In this document: one piece after another, positions 12,301-24,804 of the stretch
Numbering within the stretch: position 1 is the stretch's first letter
Layout of the letters: each line of letters opens with the position of its first letter
From: the human T2T-CHM13v2.0 reference genome, Homo sapiens
NCBI RefSeq assembly: GCF_009914755.1
Contig: NC_060928.1
DNA: 64,000 nucleotides
Strand: one strand, 5' to 3'
Position numbers and translations under genes: made by a program
The notes under the pieces: model-generated
Database searches by the model: none
What the model was told of the DNA's origin: nothing
What the model saw: the letters and a program-made list of their open reading frames with translations, nothing else

Positions 12301-14148
12301 TAACCATTTAACCCAACAATCACATTTCTTGGTATTTACCCAAAGGATTTGAAAACTTACGTCCCCACAAAAACTTATACACAGATGCGTATAGCACTGT
12401 AATTGTAATTGCTCAAACTTGGAAGCAAGCAATATGTCCTTCAGTAGGTTAATGTACAAAACAACTGTAGTACATGCAGATAGTGGAATGTTATTCAGTA
12501 CTGAAAAGATATGAGTAATCAAGACGTGAAAAGACATGGAGGAAACAATGCATATTAAGTGAAAGAAGCCAGTTTGAAAAGGCTACATAGAGTATAATTC
12601 CATCTATAGGATTCTGAAAATGGCAGAGCTATGAAGATAAAAATTAGCTAAAAAGATAATTGGGTGCCAGAATATAGGGAGGAGGAAGAGATGAATAGGT
12701 AAATCACAGAGGAATTTTAGGGAAGCGAAACTACCCTGAGATGACACTACAATGGGGCATACTTGTCTTTACGCATTTGTTCAAAACCACAGAATGCACA
12801 TCACCAAGAATGAACCCTAATGTAAACTGCAGACTTCAGGTAATAATATGTCAATATATGTTTATCAGTTACAACAAAATTTAATACCCTGGTGGGGGAT
12901 GTTGATATTGGAGGAGGCTATATGTGTATGGGGGCAGAGGGTGTATGGGAAATCTCTGTACATTCTATTCAATTTTGCTTTGAACCTTTAACAGAAGTTT
13001 ATTTCTCTCTTACTTTTTGGCCCAGAGGTTGGTAGTAGTTTCACGAGTATTAGGCCTGTTGGCTGAGAGAGCATCTGTTACCTTCAATTTCTAGCTTACT
13101 TTTCTTGTTTTTGGGTAGCTATTCTAGTTGTCACCATCTTCTAGCCAGCAGAGAGAAAGGAAATGGAGGGCAACAAGCCCTTGTGGCCACTTAGTCACAA
13201 GAGATGCTCAGAAATGTACTTTACATTTGGGCTATTGTGACTCAAAATTGAGGGGAGAGGGTTGGTTGTTAACAACTGGATGAGTGGATACTAAGAGATG
13301 ATTTACAATCTCTTCCTCTCTGGCTACTCAAGTATCAATATATAACATTTTCCCCACTCTTGTATCCAAAAATGTAATACAACCTTCCATGTAGTCACTG
13401 CGTTCTACACAAAGTCTAGAGTCACTGGGTAATATGCAATGCTCTCTGTTGAGTTTGGATGTTACTCCTCAAGGTCTGGTGATGTATAAATTAATAAATC
13501 ATTTCTCTTTCTCCACAATTTTCACAAAACACACACACACCCCTAATACACAGAAAAATGGGAAACAGAAATAGAGTATTGAAAACCAAGGGCCAATTTT
13601 GGCCATTTGGAATTGAAGAATGCATAGCAGTCACTAATGCACGGCAATGGCAAACTCCTGCTGGGCAGGAATTATAAAGCCTTCTTGAATTGTCAGTGGA
13701 AAAACTCCTTAGTTAGACACTAGTTCATGTCTGATTTATCCATTGTCATCCTTGACTTTGGCTTGCTTTCTGAAAGGTTCCTGCATGTCCATTATGTTAT
13801 AATGGTTTTTTAATCATTCAGGCTTTTTATTTATTACATTATTAGGTCTACTCTTCCCTTAAATTAGCTGAGGTGACATGAGGCTATATAAGAGAAAAAA
13901 CAGTCTTGGCTAGGAAGGAAACCATAATATGATCTCCATTACTAGGCTTCCTCCTATATCTGACTGAGAAATCTTAGGAAGAAACATTGAGAAAAGTTAT
14001 TGGGATACAGTTTTGTCCCTTTTGGTAGCAGCATGCAGAAAAAACGGCAACACTGGTGTTTCCAATACATCACTAATCTCAGTCAATTTAAATTGCAAAA
14101 CACAGGCAAGTGCTACAGTCTAAATGTAGGTGGCTTGTGGTTTGTGTG

Positions 14149-14507
14149 TGCTGTGGTTTAAATTCTCATCTCCATGGTTATGGTGTTAGGAGGTGTGGAG
14201 TGGTTAGGAGTTGGGCAATAATCTCTTCCTTTGGGAAATGATTAGGTCATGGGGATATATCCCACAAATGAGATTAGCGGCCCTATAAAAGAGGGCCAGA
14301 GAGGGACCCTTCATCTCTTCTACCGTGTGAGAACACAGAAAAAAGGCAATCTACAAACCTGAAAGTGGACCCTCACCAGACACCAAATCTGTTTGCATCT
14401 TAATCCTGGACTTCCTGGGCCCCAGAACTATGATAAATAATTTTCTATTGTTTATAGGCTACCTACCTTATGGTATTTTGTTATAGCAGCATAAATAGAC
14501 TAAGGCA
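14149..14507 (+). mobile_element. MLT1A-type MaLR LTR
   Basis: ...cagacaccaaatctg...ggtattttgttatagcagcataaatagactaaggca terminus. Confidence 0.82.
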
Positions 14508-14509
14508 AT

Positions 14510-15320
14510 AAAAACCTTTTTCTTTTGACAACAATATGTTCCATTCCAACTCTGCTTGCAATCTGGCTACTTTTTCCTATCTTCATTTGCATCTTTCAGA
14601 ATCTTTCTAAAAGCCACAAGGTAAAGTCACACACAATGCAACACATTTACCTTTTCAGAACTGCTTTCAGGCTTGGAAAGCATGTGGATCACTTTCCAAA
14701 CACTTTGTCATGACATAATGAAGGTTACCAGATGATTACCAGATTTTTAAAACTAAAATTTTATGTCCTGATGCTCACAGCCCACCTGGGAAGCTGATGC
14801 TTAATTTGCAATTTTTATTATGGCAGCATTATATTAGTAGGTTCCAAATCATATATTAATTATGATGCAGCATAAATTACTATACCTGTTAGCCCCCCAA
14901 ATACAGTCGGTCAAACAAAAAAGAATTTATTTTTCATGTAAAATTCTAGAGGAATATGAAGGTTTTAGAATGTCTTGTTGACTCAACCAAAAGGTAATCC
15001 AGAGATCCAGGCTGGTGGAGTCACTCTGCTATCCTTAGAAAGTAGTGACTGTGTCTAATGTACGATTTTCTGTCATGTCTTCAGATCCAAACAGGAAGAA
15101 AGACAAAATAGATGGTAGTATATTTTCTTTTTAAGGACGTGACCTGGAATTTGTTTATTTCACTTTATTTATCATTACATCTGGATGGTACAAGAAGCAA
15201 GACAGCCTTGGCCTCTAGCTAGGCATCCATTTTCCCTGATGAAATTCCATGGGGAGGAGGCACACTTCTAATGTTATGAAAGGAATTGTGACATTGGGAG
15301 ACAATTAATCATCTCTGTCA
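14510..15320 (-). mobile_element. Old MLT1 internal fragment plus LTR (MLT1J/K-like)
   Basis: Minus strand reads gatttggaacct...gctgccataataaaa (MaLR-int start) next to a degenerate LTR; boundaries approximate. Confidence 0.45.
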
Positions 15321-15700
15321 CATCTAAGCAGAGCATGGATGCATTCTTTTTTACTGTTCATACTCTCTGTGTATAAAATATACTTGGAGTGAGGCCAAGG
15401 GCCTGTCTTTAATGACTCCTAGAAGCCAATTTCTTTCTATACTCATTCTATGGGATGAAGTGGCTGAGGCAACCATTTCTTTTCTTGCACCTGGCTGGAG
15501 AAATGAAATTCTGTAGAACCAATTTACCCTGCGGATGTATCCTAGCCATGTAATAAAAGGGGAAAGCTGCAGTTTAGTTTTACTAGGCATAGATTTGTTA
15601 TTTTGATCTCAGTATATCTTACTCCTGTGCTTATTCATCATTTGATTCTGAATTTGGTAGGGAAGAAAAGAGTGTAATTTATCAGTTGTACTGATAAATT

Positions 15701-15800
15701 AGCTACTGCCAGGTTAAGAAGCTACATTAAAGAATGAATAGATTTTGCAGTTACAAAATCTATTCATTCTTTAATGTAGCTTCTTAACCTGGTAGTAGCT
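15701..15800. repeat. Near-perfect inverted repeat, 47-bp arms with 6-nt loop
   Basis: 15701-15747 vs reverse complement of 15754-15800: one mismatch (G15708/T15793). Confidence 0.97.
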
Positions 15801-16106
15801 TTTTTGCTGTGCTTAAATTTACATACCTACTTTACTGATTTAGCTACTTCATTTTGCCCAAAACCATGGACATCTTTCAGCCCTCACCTTACTCGATTGC
15901 TTGATGGTTCTTGATGGAGTTAGATGTTCACTTTTTATTTAACTGCTAATTTTTCTAATTTGTTTTCATTATTTCATACTTTCCTGATACAACTACTATT
16001 TCAATGGCTGACCCTTTCTTTTTCTTTGTTTACTTTTTGTTTATTCAGACTCTAATTATTGTACTTCCTGAGGGCTTGGCTCTGAGATTTGTTCCTACAT
16101 ACTCTC

Positions 16107-16546
16107 TGTGGTAAGTTGTATTATTGTACACCAATATTTATTTTCCCTTTCTTTTTTTTTTACTCTCAGCCTTCTAACGAAATATAATTTTTTTATCCCA
16201 TTGGCGAAGTGACACTTTTTCTAGCTTAATGTGAGCAGGTTTGCCACATGCTATGTCTGAGCAAGAGCTACAAATACAATAGCATAATTTGGCTTAGCTT
16301 CTCTTGTTTTTCCCCGCTTCTGTGAGGAAAGTCACATCCTACATTGAAGGTATCCATATTCCCCAGTCTAGAATTAAAAGGACAATTGTAGAAGACACAA
16401 ATATGCCCCACAGACTAGAGCAGAGGCACAACCATCCCACAGAATCCACAAAAACGGAATGAGAAATAAACCTGTGCTGCTGTCAGCCACTGAGCTTTTG
16501 GGCTTGTTAGTTACACAACATAAACTCTCAAGAGCTAACTAATATA
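16107..16546 (+). mobile_element. MLT1H/I-like MaLR LTR followed by the start of the internal region
   Basis: gagaaataaacctgtgctgctgtcagccactgag...gctaactaatata, then gaaattggcacc. Confidence 0.7.
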
Positions 16547-16578
16547 GAAATTGGCACCTGCAACTATTGTCCTACTAA

Positions 16579-16711
16579 AACCTTTATTATGTCATGACAA
16601 AGTATTTGGAACATGAACCACATGCTTTCCAAGCCTGAGGGCAGTTCAGAAAAGGTAAGTGTGTTGCATTGTGTGTTACGTCACCATGTAGCTTTTAGCA
16701 AGATTCTGAAA
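16579..16711 (-). repeat. Inverted copy of 14594-14726
   Basis: 133 bp ungapped, about 15 mismatches by hand count (~89%). Confidence 0.92.
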
Positions 16712-17066
16712 ATAAGACCCTCATCAAACAGGTGTCCAGCACTATACCTGGAAGAAAGGAATTAAATTATAGAGATGCCAAGACTCTGACTTAGGCCTTG
16801 CTAAGTTTTCCTGTTGGATCATATGCCTTTTTGTCTAATCATACTTCGACACAACTGTCTGTTCTTCACTGAATTTAAGCATATATATATGCAGTTTTCC
16901 TTGGGTCTTTGGGTCTTCATTTCTGAACTGTCCCAGGTCAGATAAAACTTTCGTTAAGTAAATGTTTTATGCTTTTCTTTTTTTTAGTCTATTTTTTGTT
17001 ACAGGGATGTCAGCTGTTAACCTTGCAATAGTTAAGGAAGAACACTATTATTTTTTCTCCCCTACA
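16712..17066 (+). mobile_element. 5'-truncated MER39/MER34-group ERV1 LTR
   Basis: ataagaccctcat...aggccttgct...gggtcttcatttctgaa...tctcccctaca. Confidence 0.7.
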
Positions 17067-17325
17067 TTATCTGATTGAATTTCAGATTTTTATGTACCAC
17101 TGATTGATTGCTCTGTGTCTCCCATGATTCTTTTTTAAAACAGCAATGCTTTTTTGGTGAATATTCCACCATTTTATGACGGATGTATAAGCAAGAGTAT
17201 CAGCATTTAGACGTAAAACAGAGATTATCACAAAATGAGGGACTTAGAGTCTGATGCCATAATATCTTTTTGAAGGTGTGCTTTCTGTGCAGTAGTAAAT
17301 AAACATTTGTGACTAAGGGGCACAG

Positions 17326-18130
17326 TGTGTTAATAGATAATCATTTATTAATATTCACCCATTCTTATCCTTTCAACCACCTGCCCCATGGGAAAAGTAT
17401 TTTTTTATTTCATTTTTTTTCTTAACTTGCGATGAGACTTAATTTTGGCCCAAAGAATATGGATGGCCATGATATTTAGCAAACTGAAGCATTAAATGTG
17501 GTCGCATGAAACAGCTTAGCCTCCTTATTGTGCTTCTATCACAAGAAAGGTGTGATTTATATACAGGTTGTTCTTTCAGTATGAAGGAGAAAACTCAAAG
17601 AACAGCAAAAAGCAGAGACTCAGAGAATCCATAGTATATATATGCAACATGAGCAAGAAATAAACTTTCGTTGTAAGTTTCTGAAATTTGGGGGATGTAT
17701 GTGCAAGGCTTTTGTATTGGTTCGAACCCCGAGAGGGCGCCAGCAAACAACACAAGGCCGTGTGGAGCAACATGCTGTTTTAATGAGCGCCTGGGTGCAG
17801 ACGGCCTGAGGCCTAAAATGGCATCAGCCCCAAATGAGGACGGGGGAGGGGTTTTATAGTCTCCTGTAAACAGGAAGTGTCTCAGTCTGATGTAACTGCT
17901 ATGTGGTACCTGGATGACCTCTCTCTTGGTCTTCAGGGGATACGTGTCTTCTGGCCAGCTCTCTTCCTGCTTCTGCTATCTTGCTGACGCACGCTGCTGG
18001 CACAATTGGCCTTGTCCCTTGGACTGGGCCTGAGAAAGGAGGAGTTATTCATCCCCCACCAGCTTCCAGGCCCCCGGAAAGACTTTCAGTATGTTTCTCA
18101 GTGTAAACATATCATGATGTCTAGCTGCCA
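17326..18130 (+). mobile_element. MLT1I/J-like LTR, split by an ERVL LTR
   Basis: tgcaacatgagcaagaaataaactttcgttgtaagtttctgaaatttggggg; resumes after 18088. Confidence 0.6.
17702..18088 (-). mobile_element. ERVL solo LTR (LTR18A-like)
   Basis: TG...CA termini with perfect 5-bp TSD gtatg (17697-17701, 18089-18093); minus strand starts tgaaagtctttccgggggcctggaagct; family name from memory. Confidence 0.75.
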
Positions 18131-18649
18131 AACACACTTCTTATATTTGGGGAATTTCTCACTAATTGAATTCTTCCAGTCCAATGTAGAAATCAATCAA
18201 GGATTCACTTTTTATGCTACTTTACAGCAAAGGCTCAGACTCATAAACTAGTATCTGCTAAGCTAATGAGGCTCATCTACAATGAACTTCAATTAAGAAG
18301 TAATAAACGTGAGAAATCAGGTGCCACATGAAATCTATGTTTAGTTGAGAATGGCAGTGGAGACTTTCAGGGGCAGTGATGTGAGATCAGGCACCCAGTG
18401 CCCATGGTCACTGATGCCAGGTAAAGTTTCTGATCCTAGAAGCAGTGACAGAAGTTCTTCACTGGCACAATCCTGCAGTGTATTTTGGATGTAGAATTGT
18501 TTGTGTGGCCTCCAAGCCTGTTTCCTCTGCCCTTCCAAAAAGTCAGTGAGCTATCTAATAAGCTGCAATAAGACCTTTCACTGCTTTAATTTGCTACACT
18601 GTATTCTAATTTTCTTTCTTTCTTTCTTTTGCTTAGCTTTTTGCATTTG

Positions 18650-19015
18650 CTGATGGTGTGCTATCTGCCTGGGCATTTTTTCACAGCTCTTCTTCAGACA
18701 GTCTCTCACTTCAAAAATTTTTTTCTTTAAGGTGTCCTTCTCTAACACTTAAGAATACTAACCATCCTTCTTGTTCTGTTCAAATTTGTGGTTTTCTCAG
18801 AGGATCCTTTTTATTTTTCCTATAACACCAAAAACTATAATATTTTATTTATTGGTTTATTTTCCCTTTCCGTCACTAGAATATAAACCGCATAATAGCA
18901 GAGATCATTCATATTTTGGTCACAGTTTTATCTCCAGGTCTCATCAAAATATACATTGCATGGTAGAAACTCCATGCACATTTTTGAATGAATGAGTTAA
19001 TAAATAGATGAATGG
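18650..19015 (+). mobile_element. L2 3' end
   Basis: cactagaatataaaccgcat...tttttgaatgaatgagttaataaatagatgaatg tail. Confidence 0.7.
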
Positions 19016-19944
19016 GGTTGCGTTAGGCAATTGAGAAATGTGATGAAGATTTGAAACTGTTAGAGGAAAGGCAGAGAAAAATGGGCAAGGATTTTCAAGC
19101 AATGTTTAAGTTCCAAGTAAGACTTGTATATTCTTGTGCTTTTTTTTCCCTTTAGTACAGCTAGAGAAAGGCATAAGAAGAAAAAAGGAGGCATGATCTT
19201 CATACAGCATCAGGGCTTTTTTGATATGCAAATGAGGTGAAAGAAAAAAGCGCAAGGGAATTAAGGAAATTGAAGGTATTTATGAGCAAGCAGTTTAGGT
19301 CATTTACAATACAGCTCATAAAAAAGTGAATGTTACAAGAGGCTGTTGATAGACTGGAGAAAATGAAGGAATCAAGAGGTGAAGTCCAAATGTAGTACAA
19401 TAAAAGAAGTTAGAATGGTAGATGATAAGAGACACTATCAAAGTACAGTGTATTTATTACATTTTAACTTTCCTGAAGCTGAAACATTTCTGTAGCCATA
19501 TTTCTAAGTACTGAAATGGAATAGATGTAAAATTCATTTGAGATCAAAGGTGAAGACGTGTTTGGGTGACTCTTTTAGACTTTGAAATCAGTAGAGATAA
19601 CTTTTGCTATTTTATTTTCTAAAACTCAACCTTTTTGCTATGGAATAATTTCACACAATTAAATTTAATTCAACAGAAATTTGTTAAGTATAAGACCCAG
19701 GTACAATTAGGCCTTCTAACCTCTCTGTAAGAATTAGGTAAAGGCATCCCTTTCTCTGGGCAGATAAATCCTCAAGACAGAGTGCACAGTTTAGGGAATA
19801 GAGAATGGACTGTATTATAGATCCTGGTTCTTCTTTAGGCTTGGTACTTTGTGCTTGGCACCTCCTACACTAACATACAATGGGGCTTTAAATACAGTTT
19901 ATGAAAGAAACTGTCAGCGGGGAGGAAAGCAAAGCCAGTGAAAG

Positions 19945-20425
19945 CTACTGAATCCCTGGCATGTACCAGCTCTTGTGTTAAGGATTTCAAACAAGTTATC
20001 TCTTTTAATTCTCATCACAACCATATACGAGCAGGTTATTGTTTCAATTTTCCAAGTAAGATAATTAATTTTTTTTTTTTTTTTTGAGACAGAGTTTCTC
20101 TTTTTTGCCCAGGCTGGAGTGCAGTGGCATGATCTCAGCGGTTTCAAGCAATTCTCCCACCTCAGCCTCCTGAGTACCTGGGATTACAAGCACCCGCCAC
20201 CACGCCCTGCTAATTTTTGTATTTTTAGTAGAGACAAGGTTTCACCATATTGGCCAGGCTGGCCTCAAACTCCTGACCTTGCGATCTACCCGTCTCAGCC
20301 TCCCAAATTGCTGGGATTACAGGCGTGAGCCACCGCGCCTGGCCAATTGAATTTTTAATACGCTGAATAACGTACCCAACTTTACACAGCTATGTTAAAT
20401 GGTAGAATGATAATATGAACCCTTT
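19945..20425 (-). mobile_element. MIR split by an Alu
   Basis: ttttaattctcatcacaaccat...; resumes with gtacccaactttacacagcta. Confidence 0.65.
20069..20344 (-). mobile_element. AluS with a short deletion in the right arm
   Basis: Reverse Alu; gatctcagcggtttcaagc lacks the ctcactgcaacctccgcctccc segment. Confidence 0.92.
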
Positions 20426-20469
20426 CAGTTAGGTTTATTTGTTTTGTTTTGTTTCATTTTTCTGTTCAA

Positions 20470-20930
20470 CAAGTGGCCTCCAAAGTAAGTGGCTTAAAAC
20501 AATACATCTTTGTTTTTTTCTTATGGTTCTGTGGATTACGTAGGCAAGTTCTTCTGGTCTGAGCCAGTTTGTTTGGAAAGAGACTGAATAATCTAGGCAA
20601 CCTCACTCACATATCTGAGATGGGAGAGGGTAGCTGGGAAGGTTTGGGAGCTCTCTCTGAATGGTTTTTCATCATTTGAGAAGTCATCTCCAACTTGTTC
20701 ACCTGGTGGAGGGTTTCTAACAGCAAGAAATAGTAACAACTTAGTCTGCAAACAGTTTTTGTGACTCTACACCACATTTATTAATGTCCCAGAGGGTAAA
20801 GCAAGTCATATAGCCAAGACCAGATTTAAAGGAAAGATAAATGCTCTTTTTAACAGGAGGAGAGGCCAAACGACAGCACAAAGGAACATATATACAGGAA
20901 GGGAGAGATTTGTGAGTGTTTTGTAATCTA
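20470..20930 (-). mobile_element. Old MLT1 (J/K-like) LTR
   Basis: agtggcttaaaacaatacatc..., aaagcaagtcatatagccaagaccagattt. Confidence 0.55.
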
Positions 20931-21250
20931 CCTGGAGAACCTAACTCATGCTTTTTTTTTTTTAAATTATATCATATTGCTTGTTTTTACCATAGCACAT
21001 TTTCACTGAGTATTCTTATTAATTCCAAGATAGAGACAAACATGGTCCAAGCCTTTATGCAACTGTGGAAACAAAAGGAAACTAATATTTATTTAGGACC
21101 TTCTCCATACTAAGCACCATCCTAGGAAGTTCCCATTACTTGATAATCATATTAGAGAGCTAGTAATCTGGGGAATAATGCTGTCTTCATGCAGTCTGAA
21201 ATTCATTAATCAGGTTAAATTATATTCTAAAAATTCAAATCAAGTACTGT

Positions 21251-21912
21251 TGTGGCAGGACAGGTCTCACGAACGAACATGGGCCTCCATAACAATTGTT
21301 TCAGCACTGACTGAGTGGTTAATTTAGACATTAAAAGCTGATAGAGCCAGTGCCCTTATACAAAGGCTGGAATGTAACAAAAGCCCACCAAGCGTTTTGC
21401 CTAGGCCTTTCGTAGGCTGCATGACAAAATAATGAAGGAATTCTTAACAGGACCCATTGAGGATTAAACAAGTTTTACTGGGGGTCTGAGGAAACTCCCC
21501 AGGCCTCCACAAACAAATTTATTGGGGATCTGAAGGAACTCCCCAAACCTGCATGATTTAGCGGGAGACAATATAAGGGTAATCACCCCAGCACCTGGAC
21601 CCATTTAGATTCTCAAGTAAATTTACTGAGGCTCTAGGGGAAGGTCTTCAGGACTCAGATCTTAGTTATAGATTAAAAGAAGTTAATCATTCATGTCTTT
21701 AGATGAATGCACACTTACACATAAACATGTAGCTGAAAAAGTATATAAGCTCTGGAAAACATTGGAATTTTGAGTTGGTCTGGCAACAATTTCCAGGCCT
21801 TCTCCCTGTAACTGGTTGCAGAAATACAAACTCTCCTCTTCCCCCGTTCATCTGCATCTCATTATTGGGCTGTGAGAAATAGCAGCCCAACCCTCAGTTT
21901 GGTCTGGGAACA
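21251..21912 (+). mobile_element. ERV1-class solo LTR (subfamily uncertain)
   Basis: tgtggcagg...gggaaca termini, 4-bp TSD ctgt/ctat, TATA-like gtatataag, internal ~45-bp tandem duplication at ~21466-21550. Confidence 0.8.
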
Positions 21913-22259
21913 CTATGGAAAGAAGTTGTAAATAGCAATAGAGATATAGATCTGTAACATCAATAAAAAAATTACTTTTATGTTATCTTTTTGGATGATG
22001 GACTTTTCTTGCCAAAGATACCACTGCATAACAAAATATAGTTAATTTTAAGCTATAAAATATGGCCACCAATATACAACAGATTATCCTGAGAATAAAA
22101 CATATGCACATGCATATATGAATATATAGCATTTGAAATATTACTTATTGACAAATTGGATGTATATAGATGGGTGGATACTACAGTAATTTCAAAAGTT
22201 CTTCATGGTGGTCTGGATATGGCTGAAAATACAATGTTTGACTTAATTAATAGTATCAT

Positions 22260-22500
22260 TAGCAATGTTTATACCAAATGCCAATCTTCGGGTTAAATGC
22301 TGTCCACAGATTTTCTCATTTTATCTTCACAATAACATGAGGCAGGTAATGCTGTTACTCTCACTTTATGAATAGGAAAATAACAAAGAAGCAGGAAGTT
22401 TAAGTAATTTGCCCACAGTCACATACTTAGTAAAATGATAGAGATAATATTTCCATTCAGCATTTTTACCCCAGAGTTTGAACATTTAACTAATAAATTT
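22260..22500 (-). mobile_element. MIR
   Basis: aagtaatttgcccacagtcacatacttagtaa MIR core. Confidence 0.7.
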
Positions 22501-24483
22501 ATTCTGCTTCTGTTTACATCAATTATTTTTTAAAAGTTTTATTTCTATAGCTTTTGGAATACAAGTGGTTTTTTGGTTACATGGATGAATTATATTGCGG
22601 TGAATTCTGAGATTTTAGTGCACCTGTCACCTGCGTAGTGTACATTGTACCTAATATGTAGTATAATATGTAGTATTATATCCCTAGCCAGTCTCCCACC
22701 CTCTCCTTTCTGAGTCTCTAAAGTCCATTATATCTCTCTGTATGCGTCGGCATACTCATAGCTTAGCTTCCACTGATAAGTGAGAACATACGGTTTTTGG
22801 TTTTCCACTCCTGTGGTACTTCACTTAGAATAACGGCCTCCAGCTCCATCCAAGTTGCTGCAAAAGACATTATTTTGTTCCTTTCATGGCTTAATACTAG
22901 TCCATGGTGTATATATACCACATTTTATTTATCCACTCATTGACTGATGGGTGCTTAGGTTGGTACCACGTCTTTGCACTTATGAATTTTGTTGCTATAA
23001 ACATACATGTTCCAGTGTCTTTTTCATATAATGGCTTCTTTTCCTTTTGGTAGCTACCCAGCAGTGGAATTGCTGGATCAAATGGTAGATGTACTTTTAG
23101 TTCTTTAAGGAATTTACATACTGTTTTCCATAGAGGTTGTACTAATTTCCACTACCAGCAGCAGTGTACAAGTGTTCCCTTTTCCCCACACGCATGCTAA
23201 CATCTACTGTTTTTTGACTTTTTAATAATGACCATTCTTGCAGGAGTAGGGTAGTATCTCCTTGTGATTTTAATTTCCATTTCCCTGATTAGTGATGTTA
23301 AGCATTTTTTCATATGTTTGTTGGCCATTTGTAAATCTTCTTTCAAGAAACATCTATTTAAGTCTTTTGCCTATTTTTGATTGGATTATATTTTTTCTTG
23401 CTGATTTGTTTCAGCTTCCTGTAGATTCTGGATACAAGTCCTTTGTCATATGCATAGCTTGCAATTATTTTATCCTATTCTGTGGGTTGTCTGTTTACTC
23501 TGATTATTATTTCTTTTGCTGTGCAAAAGATTTTAGTTTAATTAGGTCCTATTTATTTATTTTCCAACATGATCTTCTAGGATTTTTATGGGTTCAGGTC
23601 TTAGATTTAAGTCTTTGATCTACCTTGAGTTGATTTTTGTATAAGGTGGCTTGCCAGTTTTCCCAGAACCATTTGTTAATAAGTTGCCCATTCCCCAATT
23701 TATATTTTTGTATGCTTTGTCAAAGATCAGTTGGCTGTACATATTTGGCCTTATTTATGGGTTCTCTATTCTGTTTTATTGGTCTATGTGCATACTTTCA
23801 TGCTAGTACCATGCTGTTTTGGTAACTGTAGCCATGTAGTATAAATTCTAGTAATGTGGTGCCTTCAGATTTGTTCTTTTTGCTTAGGAATGCTTTGGCT
23901 ATTCTGGTTCATTTTTGGTTCTGTATGAATTTTAGGATTGTTTTTTCTAAGTCTGTAAAAAATGATGTTGGTATTTTGATGGGAATTGCATCTAATCTGT
24001 AGATTGCTTTGGGCAGTATGGCCATTTTCACGATATTGATTCTTTCAGTACATGAGCATGGGATGGGTTTCCATTTCTTTGTGTCATCAGTGTTTCTCAG
24101 CAGTGTTTTGTAGTTCTCTTTGTAGAGATCTTTCACCTCCTTGGTTAAGTATATATTCCTAGGTATTTTATTTTTTGTGCAGTTTATAAAAGGGATTGAG
24201 TTCTTGATTTGATTCTCAGTTTGGCTGTTGGTAATGTATAACACTGCTACTAATTTGTATACATTTATTTTATAACCTGAGACGCTACTGATTTCATCTG
24301 TCAAATCTAGGAGTCTTTTGGAGGAATCTAGCATTTTCTAGGTATAAATCATATGTCATCTGTAAACAACGATAGTTTGACTTCCTCTTTTCCATTTTGG
24401 ATGCCCTTTATTTCTTTCTCTCGCCTAATTACTGTGGCTAGAACATCCAGAACTACATTAAATAGGAGTGAAGAAAGTGAACT

Positions 24484-24804
24484 TTCTTTAATGTAGCTTC
24501 TTAACTTGGCAGTAGCTTTTTTGTTCTGCTTAAATTTACGTGTCTATTTTACTGATTTAGCTACTTCATTTTGTCCAAGCCCACGGACGTCTTTCAGTCC
24601 TCATCTTACTCAATCTCTTAATCATTCTTGATGGAGTTAGATATTCACTTTTTATTTAACTGCTAACTTTTCTAATTTGTTTACATGATTTCATACTTCC
24701 TTGATACACCTACTGTCTCACCGGCTGACCCTTTCTTTCTCTTTATTTACTCCTTGTTTATTCAGACTCTAATTATTGTAGTTGCTGAGGGGTCAGTTCT
24801 GAGA
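24484..24804 (+). repeat. Direct copy of 15767-16087 inserted into L1PB ORF2
   Basis: 321 bp ungapped, about 42 mismatches by hand count (~87%). Confidence 0.95.

Larger units (their letters stand above)
7050..12991 (+). mobile_element. Near full-length ancient L1 (L1MC1-like), interrupted by an MLT1A LTR and an Alu
   Basis: ORF1-like peptide 7879-8064; ORF2 RT fragments ([31 protein letters not shown]); L1MC1-type 3' end gggaaatctctgtacattctattcaattttgctttgaacc. Confidence 0.85.
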
